Part shown: positions 1 to 14,273 of the stretch, piece by piece
How positions within the stretch are numbered: the first letter of the stretch is position 1
How the letters are laid out: every line of letters starts with the position of its first letter
NCBI GenBank assembly: GCA_951406725.2
Contig: OX597824.1
Location: 89,280,001 to 89,344,000, forward strand
DNA: 64,000 bases
Source of the DNA: Octopus vulgaris
Taxonomy: Eukaryota
Direction: 5' to 3'
Notes under the pieces: model-generated
Seen by the model: only the letters and a program-made list of their open reading frames with translations
The model's database searches: none
Told to the model about the DNA's origin: nothing
Program-made: the position numbers and the translations under genes

Positions 1-97
1 GAGAGAGAGAGGGAGAGAGAGAGGGAGAGAGAGAGAGAGAGGGAGAGAGAGAGAGAGAGATCGAATAATTGATAAATAGATAAATATTTTGATAGAC

Positions 98-165
<68 letters not shown>

Positions 166-2614
166 TGATAGATAGGTAGATAGATAGATGGATAGTTCAC
201 TCAGAAGTCATGTAAATCACACTTGGTATACAAGCAAACATACCTAAGTGTATACGTGGTGTGTGTGTGTTGGCAAATAAGCATACGTCTCTGGTGGCAG
301 TGGACAGCTTCGATTGGTGGAAAGTCAACAGATTGAACTGTTCAAATATTATTCCGCTGTTATTAGGTAATTTGATAGAGGCTCTCAGAGTCGGACATGT
401 GTGATTTGATGGTGATACTAATACTACAATAATAATGTTGCTTATTTTTTTCTTAAACATTGACATAAGTTCTGTGGTGGGAGTATAATATATTAAGAGC
501 GTAAATTTGTTCCAGTTCATAAGTAGTAGAAAGATGAAAACATGGCCGTCTCCAGTGAAACCTTTCGTTGGAGAAGGAAGTGTTTTAAATGGGAAGAGAG
601 GATAAATACGTGTGTATGTGTGTATTAAAAATGGGGAAGGCCGGTTTATGAGATTACCTTAGGTTTCCGACGTGGGTGTGTGTGTGGAAATATATATATA
701 TATAGGTATGAGAGGCTGTCATGACTCTGTGGTTAAGACGCTTGCTTCCCAACCATATGACTTCAAGTTCAGTCCCACTGCGTGGCACCTTGGGCAAGTA
801 TCTTCTATTATAGTCCTGGGACCACTAAAGCCTTTTAAGTGGATTTGATAGACAGTATCTGAAAGAAACCCGTCGTTTGTGTTTGTGGATACCATTTATT
901 TAGACATCACGTGATGGTTGTAAATGAGCATCACCGTCAAACAAGAGAGGTTATTCTTTTCTAGTTTTCTATGGAAAACATGATATCTATGGGAAAATAT
1001 TTTCTTGCTTAGAAACCGGTTTCCAAGCAAGGGCTATCCGTAGAATACATCCGTCTGACCTATGTATGCATGCAAAATTGGACGTATTTAACGTTCAGTT
1101 TTTAGCTGCTGGTGATTATGATAGTATGTGTGTTCATCTGTGTGGGTGAATTAGCTTGCCATTTATGGGACAGCTTCCTCGGCCATGTTGCTAACACCCA
1201 CAAAAACACTGGGGAGGGTGACTTTCAAAAACCCCATGGCGAATTATTTCCTTTCATCTGGCCACTCCGTTGATCTCCAGTTTCTATTTAAAATTGCAGC
1301 CAACCCTGCAGCGCTTCCTTATTTCTGAACATAAAGAAAAATGACTCCAAGCTTGACCCAGTTTTACCAACAGAAATAAGCGAACGGCTGACCTTTTCCT
1401 AATTCCCCCGTCCTTCCACCGTTTCATTTTCGCACCTGTCCGTCTCTATCGAGGTGTGAATACACACCTCCTCCGCACACCTATGTATTGCTCATCCTGT
1501 CTTTCTAAACTTTACATTTCTTCTTGCCTGTCTTAATATGTTTGTGTGTGAGTGTGTGTGTGTGTATGTGTATGACTGTGTGCGTTTGGGAGCTCGCACA
1601 TCACGTACACATGTACGTAGGACATAGGCAAATGTTATACCTACTTATGCACACATATGGCTCACTGGTTGGAGCGTTGGGTTTACAATCATGAGGTAGT
1701 AAGTTCGATTCTTGGACTGGGTTGTATGTTGTGTTCTTGAGCAAGACACTTTATTTTCCATTGCTCTAGCTCACCCACCTATAGAAATGCGTTGCTATGT
1801 CACTGGTGCCAAGCTGTATCGGCCTTTCCCTTGGATAACATCAGTGGTGTGGAGAGGAGGAGGCTGGTATGCATGGGCGACTGATGGTCTTCCATAAACA
1901 ACCTTTGCCTGGACTTGTGCTTCGGAGGGGAAATTTCTAAGTGCAATTCCATGGTCACTGATGACCGAAGGCGGTCTTTACCCTGGTTGTACATTAGCAT
2001 GCGCGCGTGTGTGTTTGTGTGTTTGTGTGTGTTTGTGTTTGTGTGTTTGCGTATGTGTGTATTTCTGTGTGTATGTATGTGTGTATGTGCGTGTTTGTGT
2101 GTTTGTGCTTGTGTGTGTTTGTGTGTGTATGTGTGTGTATGTGCGTTTGTGTATGTGTATGTGTGCATGTGTTTGTTTGTGTGCATGTTTGTGGGTATGT
2201 GTGTGTTTGTGTGCGTATGTGTGTATGTTTGTGTGTGTGTATGTATGCATGTGTTTGTGTATTTGTATGTGTTTGTGTGTGTGTGTATGTGTGCGTATGT
2301 GAGTGTACGTGTGTGTAAAGCCGTATGGGTAAGTGGTTAGGGTGTTCGGCTCACGATCTTAAGGTCATGAATTCAATTCCTGGCGGCGTATCCTTAAGCA
2401 AGACACTTTATTTCACGTTGCTCCAGTCCACTCAGCTGGCAAGAATGAGTTGTACCTGTAATTACAAAGGGGCCAGTCTTGTCAGATTCTACGTCATGCT
2501 GAACCTCCCTCAGAACTACGTTAAGGGTCCGTGTGTTTGTGGAGTGCTCAGTCACTTAGCACGTTACTTTCGAGAGGAAGCTGTTCCGTTGATTGGAACA
2601 ACAGCACCCTCTAG

Positions 2615-3248
2615 GAACCTGAAAATCCACATACTATTGAGGAACATCATGTTAATTTACCAAGAATTAAGGTATGATGCAGCTTATCATCAAAAGGATT
2701 TATTGGACCATTTATTTTTTAAAGGTACTGTGTTGGACTGTTTTTAATTGAAGTTGCTGCGACAATCTATCGTGCCAAGCATTCAAGAAGACTTTGAAAG
2801 CTTGGAGTTTTGTTCCCACCCAGCAAAATGCGTTACTCCACACTACCACAGTTATCTAAGGATCTACTTTGATGAAATCTTGCCACACTGGTGGATTGAT
2901 GAACAGACTCAGTAGAATATCCTCACACCACAAGAAGACTTTTTTAATATATGAGGATACTTAAAAGGTTTACGATATAAAACCGGCAACAGTCGACGAA
3001 TTGAAGGCAACCACTGAACGAGAATTCGCACAAATACCGAACAAAATGTTTCCAGACGTTTGAGATCCCGTTGCTTCGCGCTATCAGCAATGCCTGGACC
3101 AGAATGATCAAGAGTTTGAAAACAGGCTTACATAGAAGAAATTAAATTCCGTCGGTAGATTCTATTAAATTTTGAAAATGTAATATATTTTAATAAACAC
3201 TTACTTTATAATTATTTAGTGTGTGTATACATTTTTGAGACATCCTGT
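2615..3248 (+). mobile_element. Decayed Tc1/mariner transposon 3' part
   Basis: Remnant DFF..W/GYLK...L...I...C...G..FE-type C-terminus; ends tacatttttgagacatcctgTA. Confidence 0.55.
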
Positions 3249-4519
3249 ATGTGTGTGTATAAAGAGAGAGAGGGGCAGAGAGAGAGAAAGAGAGGGAGAT
3301 ACATACATATACGTGCACACACGCACACACACACACACATCAGACAAAAATAAGAATGATATACATGGTAACCAAAGAATTAAAAGCAGGGTCATTGTTT
3401 GGTCAACGTAAAGAACCAAGACTCTATGTACATTATTTAAAGAGGTCTTCTGACCTCTTCTTTCAATTTCAGTCTACCATATCCACTCACAAGTCTTTTG
3501 GTCGGCAGGGGTCTATAGTAGATACACTTTCCCAAGGTGCCAGGCTGTGGGAGGAAACCGGAAACCACGTGGTTGCGAAGTGAGCTTCACAAGTACACAG
3601 TGAGCTTTTTTTTTTGATAAAGCAGATAATTAAATTAATTAGAATCCTTTCTAATTTTGGCACAAGGCCAGCAATTTTAGGGGCGAATAGTAAATCGATT
3701 ACATTGATCCCAATGTTCAACTGGTATTTATTTCATCGACCCCGCGCTAACGATATTGTCAGCTCGCCGCTTTAATTGCGATAAAATATGGAAAGTAAAT
3801 GGCGCTGTTGTGTCAGTAAAGTGTGGCGGATCTCCGTCGGTTTCGATGATGAATATTCAATTGTCCAATTAAATTACCTGTTTCTGAATCAACGTGTAAT
3901 TGGATGAGTATTCCACAGATACACATACCCTTAACGTAATTCCCAAGCAGGGTCACATGACATTGTGCGTATGAGAAAGCTGTACATTTTGTAATTATAG
4001 GTAGAATCCATCCGGGCTTTTATACAGTTTTTGTCTACCCAGTGACACTCCCAAGATACGAGTCGACTCAAAAAGCATATAAAATGACACTTATTCATGA
4101 TATCATGCAATGGGATCGAACTCGGAACCTACTGCGAAGTGAATATCCTAACCACTCGGCCACACTGCGCCATCATTAAGTACCAATATATATATAACGT
4201 AGTTAATGATGCTGTTAAAAAGTGACTTTAGAATGCCATGTTTTGATAATTCGTCGCAGAGAGATTATAGATTAATGGAGATAAAACTGCCAATGGGGAG
4301 CAGAAACTCTTGCCAGGAATATTGACAAACTTCGGACAAGCTTAAGGAAAAGATCTATGTAAATAGAATAAATGTATGCAAATAGCGCTACATGATGATT
4401 GAATGTAGTGTTATAGACTCACATGCATCCACACACACACACAAGTATATACATAAGTACATACATACATACATAAATACATACATTCATACATACATAC
4501 ATACATACATACATACATA

Positions 4520-4588
<69 letters not shown>

Positions 4589-4674
4589 TTATGTATTAAC
4601 TTTGTTGGGTACTTCACTAGCAGTATATTGGATATATGTTATCCCATGGAGGGTTGCATTTACAACCCCTATCT

Positions 4675-4718
<44 letters not shown>

Positions 4719-5047
4719 AATTAATCAAAGGACATAGTAAGTATGGCTACCTGCTTGAAATAATAGTCAAAACTCTTATTGAATCGCCAAAAATACGAGT
4801 TTTGACTGTTATTTCAAGCAGGTAGACATACTCTTACTATGGCATTTGATTAATTTTAATCCCTCGGCTATTTAATGCTATTGTTGGCCTGCTATCGCCT
4901 GTGTCATTGATTCTGTTATTATCATTTTAAAAATATATTAATATATGGTAATAGAATTAATGACACTTTCGCAAATAAATAAATAAATAAATATATATAT
5001 TATGTTTATATACATATATATACATACATACATACATACTTACAAAC

Positions 5048-5144
<97 letters not shown>

Positions 5145-5699
5145 AAAAATCAAGGGGAATAATTACAAAGTAGCTAAATGTTGCTTAAGTGTCCCAGGAG
5201 ACACTGGTCAGACCTGTGTGTTGTTTGATTCCGGGATAAGTATGTCATATTTAGGAGAAAATAAGAAACATTGCAAAAAGCAGACAAATGCTCAAGATAT
5301 TATTAAAACTTTTATGGCTTCATATCTTCTACATATGTTTCGATGGATGCATTCAAAATAGGTCCAACAGGAGGAATTATGGTCAGCTTAAGCAAAGGAA
5401 TAACTGAACATCTGTAAAAATATCTAATTTATGTGTGTTGTTGTTTATACCTTTCCTGATAGGATTGATGTATAGCTGACCATAATTTTTCCTATCGGAC
5501 GTATTCTGAATGCATCCATCGAAACATATGTAGAAGATACGAAAATATAAATGTTTTGAGCGTTTGTCTCCTTTCACAATCTTCCCTACATACATATATA
5601 CAAATAAGCATATATGTGTGTGCGTGTGTATATATGTATATACTAGATAAATGGATACAGATATTATATATGCACATATACACATCAGGCCGGATGATG

Positions 5700-6778
5700 G
5701 TTTTGGGCCCGAAGCTAAGGAATAACAGACATCAAGAAACGTTTCGCTTGGTATTTATACGAATTCTCATTCAATGGCTATCCTCAATCCGTCGTCTGTT
5801 GTCGCTTTTGTACTGGAAACTTATCTTTTAAGTATCCCCAAATAAAAAAAATGCCTAGTGGTGTGATGTTCGTTGAACGAGAAAGCTATTCCACTGAACT
5901 TCTTCATGTAATCCGCTAGTTTTGCAAAATTTTATCAAGGTAGTCCCTTACTTTACTGTGGTACCTAATCTTGCTAGAAATAAACTCCACATCTGTATTT
6001 AAAGTCTTATTTGGCCGGTACAACAGATTGTTGCAGCAGGTTCAAGTAAACAACTAGTGACAACCCCCTAAAAATGGAATGGTTCAGTTAATCCTTTGCA
6101 TAAGCTATGCCAAACTGTAATTTCTCGTAAATGAACATGATGTTCCTTCATAATACGCAAATTCTCAAGACCCAGTAGGTGCAATTATGGCAGTTGATTG
6201 TGCCATTTAATTTTAGTGTAGACTCCTCTCTCCAGACAATCTTTGATGGAAAGTCAGAGTCTTCTAAACAGCTTGCAAAATACCTCTCGCACATCTCCAC
6301 TCTTATGTCCGGGTCATCTTAATTGAGAGCATGGATTATTCTTGGAATGTAACTTTTCCAATGACAGCACTTCAAGATGCAATGGGTGCTGCATTTCGAA
6401 ATCATCTCATCACTTGCTTTCCTCACATTATTCTTGAAATCAGGTTATTCAATCCCACCATTCCTGTTTGCTTTGTAGGGTTCGTCGAAGTCCACGATCT
6501 TCTGTAACATTTCGGACATTTCCATCTGATTTAAGCTTGTCTCTAATTCGAGTGATGGTTAATCGTTTCGTTGGATCTATTTCAAAATTCCTCCTAAACT
6601 GTTTTTTCACTTTGGCTTCGCTTTCAAAATTCTAGTAGCAATTTAGTCGAAATTCCCTATGTACAAAGCCTATTCTAGCTCAATTCATTACTTCTAACGG
6701 ATTAAATGTAAAATAATATGAAAATGAATTAAGTTATCAACTGTTAAAGTGTGTAAATACTTTTGCGACACCTTGTAT
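5700..6778 (-). mobile_element. Decayed Tc1/mariner transposon
   Basis: Terminus aatacttttgcgacaccttgTA resembles the one at 3225-3248; interior is degenerate transposase-like sequence. Confidence 0.5.
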
Positions 6779-7691
6779 ATAGTCAGACAGCTATAAACAT
6801 CAATATATATCAGTCTATATATATACGTTTATAAATGTACACTTATACATATATATGTATATTTATACATGTGCATTTGCTCATATATGTGCACATATAC
6901 ATACATGCAGACACATACGTATGTATGTATACAGACATGGAGGTGCTGTTAAATATACAAGCGAGAAAGCAGTTATCAAAGCCAGTATTGATCAGGTACA
7001 AACAAATGAAAAGTAGGTTGATGAATATATTTGTTTAGTGTTATGTAACAGAGTGACATATCGGACAAAATCAAGTATTTGAGATAACAACTAGGAATAA
7101 ACAATGTATTGAAAAGAAAACATAATAAAAGACTAATTATAATCGCAGCGTCATATATGTTAATCCATTAGGAAAAAATATCGGTTAAACGTTAACGAAT
7201 GTCTGGCATTTTAAGACAAACGATAATATGGTTTGGTTTTTGAAGGAACCTTAGAATAAAGAATTTAGATCCTTCACGTATCGTTGGTCAGTTGGGCATA
7301 TATAAATAACAATAATCCATCTAACATTAAAAGCAATATCGCCAATCCTTCAATTTCCAGATATAATCTGACAAAGACGTTTAAATTATTGTATTAGGAT
7401 TGTGAAAGGAAGGCGTATGAGAATAAAGCCACATTTTATAAACATTTGCAGTAAGTCATATGTAAGTTAAGCAGTAAATGATAAGTAAGCTAAGCCAGGG
7501 TTGAAGGCAAGTCACCGAGCCAGTTCACATATGAAATAAAAACAGCTCTAGTATAATAAATATTATTAACTATATATACTCTAGCGGGTGTCCATCACTC
7601 CCAAATGTTGGTGCTGTACCTATTATCGTTGTTGCTACCGCTGCTGCTGTTGCTGCTGCTCTATTGTTGTAGCTGTTGCCGATGTTGCTGT

Positions 7692-7723
<32 letters not shown>

Positions 7724-8049
7724 ATGCTGTTGATGTTGGAGCTGGAGCTGCTGGTGTTGGTGCCGGGCCTGCTAGTGTTGGTGCCGCTGGAGGCGGTGGT
7801 TGCGTCGGTAATGTCACCTCGCTTGCGTGTGTTGCCGGAGCGCCTCCTCCATAACCGGCAACGGAGATATGGGATTACCGTAGGTTTCCCGTCCATAAAA
7901 GGTTTAGCTTTATGGCGTACTGTCAGATCCCAAAACCTGTTGGCACAAGGCCTCTTAAGGTTTTGAGATCTGACGATACGCCATAGAGGTAAACTCTTCA
8001 GGGGCGGGAAACCTAAGGCCATATCATTAACCGGCCTTTCCCATTTTTG

Positions 8050-8130
<81 letters not shown>

Positions 8131-8262
8131 TGTGTGCGTGTGTCTAATCAGCCGAAATTGCGAGGATGATCCGGTTCTTGACTGAAGATTGAAGGCTTCG
8201 AATGTCCCGTCCGTGTTTTTTGTGTCGTCATAAAAATGTTTTGCGTTCTTGTCCCAGCTTGT

Positions 8263-8336
<74 letters not shown>

Positions 8337-8664
8337 TATATGTATATATATGCAGGGAGAGAGAGAGAGGGGGGAAGAGACATTTGTGTGTATGTGTACG
8401 TTTGTATTTAGGTGTATCTGTTATCTATTATGTGTGTATGTATGTGTATTGTAATCACTGTGAGTATATATCGACATGATAACGTGATTTATTCTGAGAA
8501 AATGTAATAAATGACAAAATGCCATTATCACCGTTGCTGTCCTTGAAGACTTTACTGATTAAGTGTGGTGTGGTGTGTGTGGTGTGGTGTGGTGTGGTGG
8601 TGGTGGTGTGTGTGTGTGTGTGTATGTATGTATCTATCTATCGATCGATCGATCGATCGATACA

Positions 8665-8701
<37 letters not shown>

Positions 8702-9010
8702 ATGTATGTATGTATGTACATATCTATCTATCTATCGATCGATCTATATATGTATATATATATATATATATATTTGTGTGTGTGTGTGTGTGTGTGTGCG
8801 TGCGTGTATGTATATATACATACATCCACACACAAGCATATATAGATGTAGATGTACATATGCAAACTGAACTATATATACATACATACATACAGACATA
8901 CATACATACATACATACATACATCCATCCATACATACATACATACATACATACATACATACATACATACATACATACATACATACATACATACATACATA
9001 CGTATATATA

Positions 9011-9218
9011 TGATTCAATCGGTTCTTAATAACATCGGCGATGTCTTTGTCAACAGCTGGAGCAGTTGTTACTGCCACAGGTGCACATACCAGTGCTAAA
9101 AGTGGGGTAAACGATGACAGCGACATAGGGTGTTCGGCAAAGAATTGATCGACTAAATAGTGTTTAAGACGAGAACTGATATATATTTTCTTTTCCTATT
9201 TATATATCAAGAGAACAC

Positions 9219-9313
<95 letters not shown>

Positions 9314-9556
9314 GTCTGTGCGTGTGTGTATGTGTAGCAGGTCTGTCCAGCTGCTAATCTCAGTTCATTGAGATATACAAGCGTGCAAACATACAAGCAG
9401 AGATAATAGGTCGGACATAAAAAGAAGCTACGCAGCGCTCCACACCCCGGTTCCACCATTTATTTACCTGTACAACACTCACGAACCATGATATACCTGT
9501 ATGTATATAACCACAAACAAACATACGGATACGCACGCTCGCGCGCACACTCACAC
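9011..9556 (-). pseudogene. Inverted duplicate of the cystatin promoter and truncated exon 1
   Basis: Reverse complement of about 10178-10698. Reads MSLSSFTPLLALVCAPVAVTTAPAVDKDIADVIKNRLN, then runs into microsatellite with no splice donor. TATA and TCAGTT are retained. Confidence 0.85.
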
Positions 9557-9565
9557 GTATACATA

Positions 9566-9641
<76 letters not shown>

Positions 9642-9646
9642 TGTGT

Positions 9647-9685
<39 letters not shown>

Positions 9686-10049
9686 AACCACTTGTCCTAG
9701 TTGTATAACAAGAAGTTACGGGACCACTTCTGACAGCAGAAACCAAATGTTATATATATATATATATATATATGTGTGCGTGTATATATATATATATATA
9801 TGTGCGTGTGTGTGTGTATATATATATATGTGTGTGCGTGCGTATATATTTGTGCGTGTGTACACGTATGTATGTATAGATATCGATAAATACACCGACA
9901 GACAGACAGACCGACACTCACGGTTCCTCGCACATGCGCTCACACAGATACAATCACACATAGACACAACTACAAACACACACACACAGGTACACGCACA
10001 CATATTTACACATACATCTCTCTCTCTTCTCACTCTCATACCCTGTCTG

Positions 10050-10080
<31 letters not shown>

Positions 10081-10084
10081 GATG

Positions 10085-10125
<41 letters not shown>

Positions 10126-10413
10126 GAGTGTTTCTATGTATTATATATTTTGACACCTAGCGTTATACATGCGTGTGTGTGTGTGTGCGCGAGCGTGCGC
10201 ATCCGTATGTTTATGTGTGGTTATATACATACAGGTATATCTTGGTTCGTGAGTGTTGTACAGGTAAATAAATGGTGGAACCGGGGCGAGGAGCGCTGCG
10301 TAGCTTCTTTTTATGTCCGACCTATTATCTCTGCTTGTATGTTTGCACGCTTGTATATCTCAATGAACTGAGATTAGCAGCTGGACAGACCTGCTACACA
10401 CACACGCACAGAC

Positions 10414-10465
<52 letters not shown>

Positions 10466-10518
10466 GCTGTTATCAGCACAGAGGCCGTTATCAACACACA
10501 CACACAGTGTTCGCTTGG

Positions 10519-10551
10519 TATATAAATAGGAAAATAAAATATATATCAGTT
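10519..10551 (+). promoter_or_regulatory. Core promoter of the cystatin gene (TATA box + initiator)
   Basis: TATATAAATAG at 10519-10529 and TCAGTT (invertebrate Inr consensus) at 10546-10551. The predicted +1 A at 10548 is 29 nt from the TATA start and 34 nt upstream of the ATG. Confidence 0.7.
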
Positions 10552-10581
10552 CTCGTCTTAAACACTAGTCGATCAGTTACT

Positions 10582-10731
10582 ATGTTACTGTCATCGTTTA
10601 CCCCACTTTTAGCACTGGTATGTGCCGCTGTCGCAGCAACAACTGCTCCAGCTGTTGACAAAGACATCGCCGATGTTATTAAGAACCGATTGAATCAAGA
10701 AGCCAGCATTTTGCATTTCGTCAGAGTCGAG
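10582..10731 (+). CDS. Three-domain cystatin, coding exon 1 (signal peptide + start of domain 1)
   Basis: MLLSSFTPLLALVCAAVAATTAPAVDKDIADVIKNRLNQEASILHFVRVE. Hydrophobic signal peptide, 50 codons, ends GAG|gtaaag (phase 0). Confidence 0.85.
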
Positions 10732-10998
10732 GTAAAGACTGTTGTCAATCCGTTTTATTGTATTTCATTTATTGTGTAATTGCTATCTCCTTGTTTGTAG
10801 TACCTTGTTGTTGTTGTTGTTGTTGTTGTTTGTTTACTATTTACTTGTTTAGTCAAGCAAATCGACCCCAGGACTTATTCTTTGTAAGCCTAGTACTTAT
10901 TCTATCGGTCGGTCTTGCCGAACCGCTAAGTCACGTGTCGTAAACACACCAGCATCGGTTGTCCAGCGATGTTGGGGGGAACAAACGCAGACACACAA

Positions 10999-11065
<67 letters not shown>

Positions 11066-12149
11066 CGACGGGCTTCTTTCAGTTTCTGTCTACCAAATCC
11101 ACTCACAAGGCTTTGGTCGACCCGAGGCTATAGTAGAAGACACTTGCTACTTACCACAGCCACTTGTTCGTTTTTTCCTGTTAGTTCTAAGGCGAACCCT
11201 AGTATCTGTGAAGGTGCTTGACCAACTGGTAAGGGTGTCCGGATCGGGATCAGAAAGGGGGAGGGTCCAGTACCTTAACTACGGTGTCCTTCATTTCACG
11301 TTACTCCATTGTGCTCAGCTGTTATTGAATACCTATTTCTTTACTACCCACAAGGAGCTAAACACAGAGAGGACAAACAAGGACAGACAAACGGATTAAG
11401 TCGATTATATCGACCCCAGTGCGTAACTGGTACTTATTTAATCGACCCCGAAAGGATGAGGGGCAAAGTCGACCTCGGCGGAATTTGAACTCACAACGTA
11501 ACGACAGATGAAATACCGTTAAGCATTTCGCCCGGCGTGCTAACGATTCTGCCAGCTCGCCGCCTTCAATATTGAATACCACCTGGTTCCTAGCGTGGCC
11601 CTCACCTCCATAACTTTCACATCCTGGAATTTCCACTGATTCAAAGATGAAAGGGCCATCCTCTCCCGCAAGCACACACCCACTTAGCATTTTTTAGGAA
11701 AGTTGGGCTGCCATATCTAATCCGTCTTACGAGCACGCTAAAAGCTCTCTCGTTAGGTAAAGCTACTTTATGCTGTGGTGAGATCAGCACAGATTAGCTA
11801 AGCTGTGACTAATGACGTTCCAGTCGTGGCAATCTCGTCAGTATCACGGGTTATATTATCTAATGTGCTGTGCCTTTACAAGACGATGATTATGATTTGA
11901 GGGAGGTTTGGTTACTATTTCTAACATCCAATGCAGGCCAAACTGGGCTACTATGGACATTTTTCTCACTGCCAAATGTCAGGTTATCTTAACTAATGGA
12001 TGTTTGACTGCGCAGTTCGCTTAAGCAGCCACAATCCGAAATTCGGCGAATGTCTTCTGCTATAAACACGAGCCAACTAATGCCTATTCAGTAAATATGG
12101 TAGGCAGAACCAGAGTTGAAACCTGTCCAATCCATCTATCTATCTATCT

Positions 12150-12692
12150 ACCTGCCCGAGATGCGGTCAGAGCGACGAAACCGTTCTGCACGCACTCGTG
12201 CAGTGTCCAGATATTTCAGAGCTGTGGACCTTCGTCGAACAGCTGTTGTCGCGTGTAGGACGGGCCCGCTTATCGGCTGAGTCTATCGTGAATATTGTTC
12301 CACCACCTTCCTTTAAACGGGAAGGGAAAACGGTTTTCGTTACGCTGATTGCTATGGCGAAAGAATGTGTGTGGTGGACGCGTTTGAAAGGACTGCAAAC
12401 AAACACCTTCCTCTCTGGTCAGTCTCTCGTCAACTTTTTCAAGTACCACTTGAAAAGGAGGATGAGAATAGAGAGGAAGGCTTTATCGAACGAATGTTTT
12501 AATAAAAAGTGGGTAAAAGTGGCAAAAATGGTCAGTATGAAAGACGACTCTATTTTAAGCGTAAATCTGTAACCAAAAGAGACAACGAGAGGTAAGGTGA
12601 CTTACTCATGTGTTCATTTTCGAACTGTCCGAGGTGACCTTGGTCTTTTTTGTAGGTTTTTCTTTCCAGGGCTACACCTAAACTGTGAACTT

Positions 12693-12746
<54 letters not shown>

Positions 12747-12900
12747 ATATTTTTATACACCACACAACCCACAGATCCCTATTGATCGAAACTTTTTTTT
12801 TTGTATGTCCCACCCATCCCACCCCGAAAAGAAAAAAACTCTACATTGTATTTCGTCCATTTTTATTCTGTGTTTAGCCCTGTGTGGCCACAATAAAAAG
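12150..12900 (+). mobile_element. 5'-truncated L1/Tx1-like LINE inserted in (TATC)n
   Basis: C-terminal CCHC motif CPRCGQSDETVLHALVQC; ORF stops at 12572. 3' UTR ends gccctgtgtggccacaataaaaag; (TATC)n on both sides. Confidence 0.8.
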
Positions 12901-13026
<126 letters not shown>

Positions 13027-13117
13027 CTATATATATGTATATGTCTGTCTGTCTATATCTATCTACTGTCTATCTATCTGTGTGTATCTGTGCGTATAAG
13101 TAGGTATATATATATAC

Positions 13118-13198
<81 letters not shown>

Positions 13199-13669
13199 TG
13201 TGTATATGTATATATACTTATATATATATGTATGTATTATGTATGTGTGTGTATATGTATATGTATATATGTATATGTGTGTGTGTGTATGTATGTGTGT
13301 GTGTGTTAGTGTTTGTCCATACACACTTGGCAACCGGTGTTGATTTGTTTACGTTCCCGTAACAACGCAGCGATTCAGCTTATGACTTAGACACAAGTAA
13401 GAACAAAAGAAGTCGGAACGACCATTGCGTGATGTCGCCGACTTCTGAAGCGACGTCGTTAATGTTGTAAGGAAAGGAAAATAAATGCAGACAGGTTTTA
13501 AGTCTGGAACGTGATTATCCCTCAGACAGGAGTTTAACTCGTCGTCAATAAACACACACATATGCGTGCACTAACACATATATACATAAAACATACACCC
13601 ATATACATATACATACCTAGGTATATATAAATACTTATGTATATCTATGTCTATTCATCTATCTATCTG

Positions 13670-13802
<133 letters not shown>

Positions 13803-14087
13803 TTGTCTGTCTTTCTGTCTGTCTGTCTGTCCGTCTTCTCTGCTAAGAATTCACAACGACCTCGACCCACAAGAGTAAACAAAAGAGAAAGAGACAGACA
13901 GATAGAAACAAGGAAAATTCCCCTTGTATTTGAATACTATGCAAATATTCTTTTAAAAAACGTTTAATTTAATTTTCTAAAATTTAATTGTTTTCAATAC
14001 TTAGAGTTGAAAGTCTCAATGACCGAAACCGGTACCGAAGTGTTTTTTTATAAACTTATTTTAGCATTTTCTACCTTGACTTTTTTT

Positions 14088-14129
<42 letters not shown>

Positions 14130-14131
14130 CT

Positions 14132-14196
<65 letters not shown>

Positions 14197-14223
14197 GATA
14201 GATATAGATATATATACATACAT

Positions 14224-14273
<50 letters not shown>

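Noticed and set aside
7570-8022. 150-aa ORF as a protein-coding gene
   Set aside because: It consists of a palindromic element plus a (CAG/CAA) tract; no recognisable domain or splice context.
8148-8265. Hammerhead in the repeat family at 8148, 18705 and 27980 (CTGARGA...GAA)
   Set aside because: No GAAA and no stem I or III pairing; kept only as an unclassified dispersed repeat.
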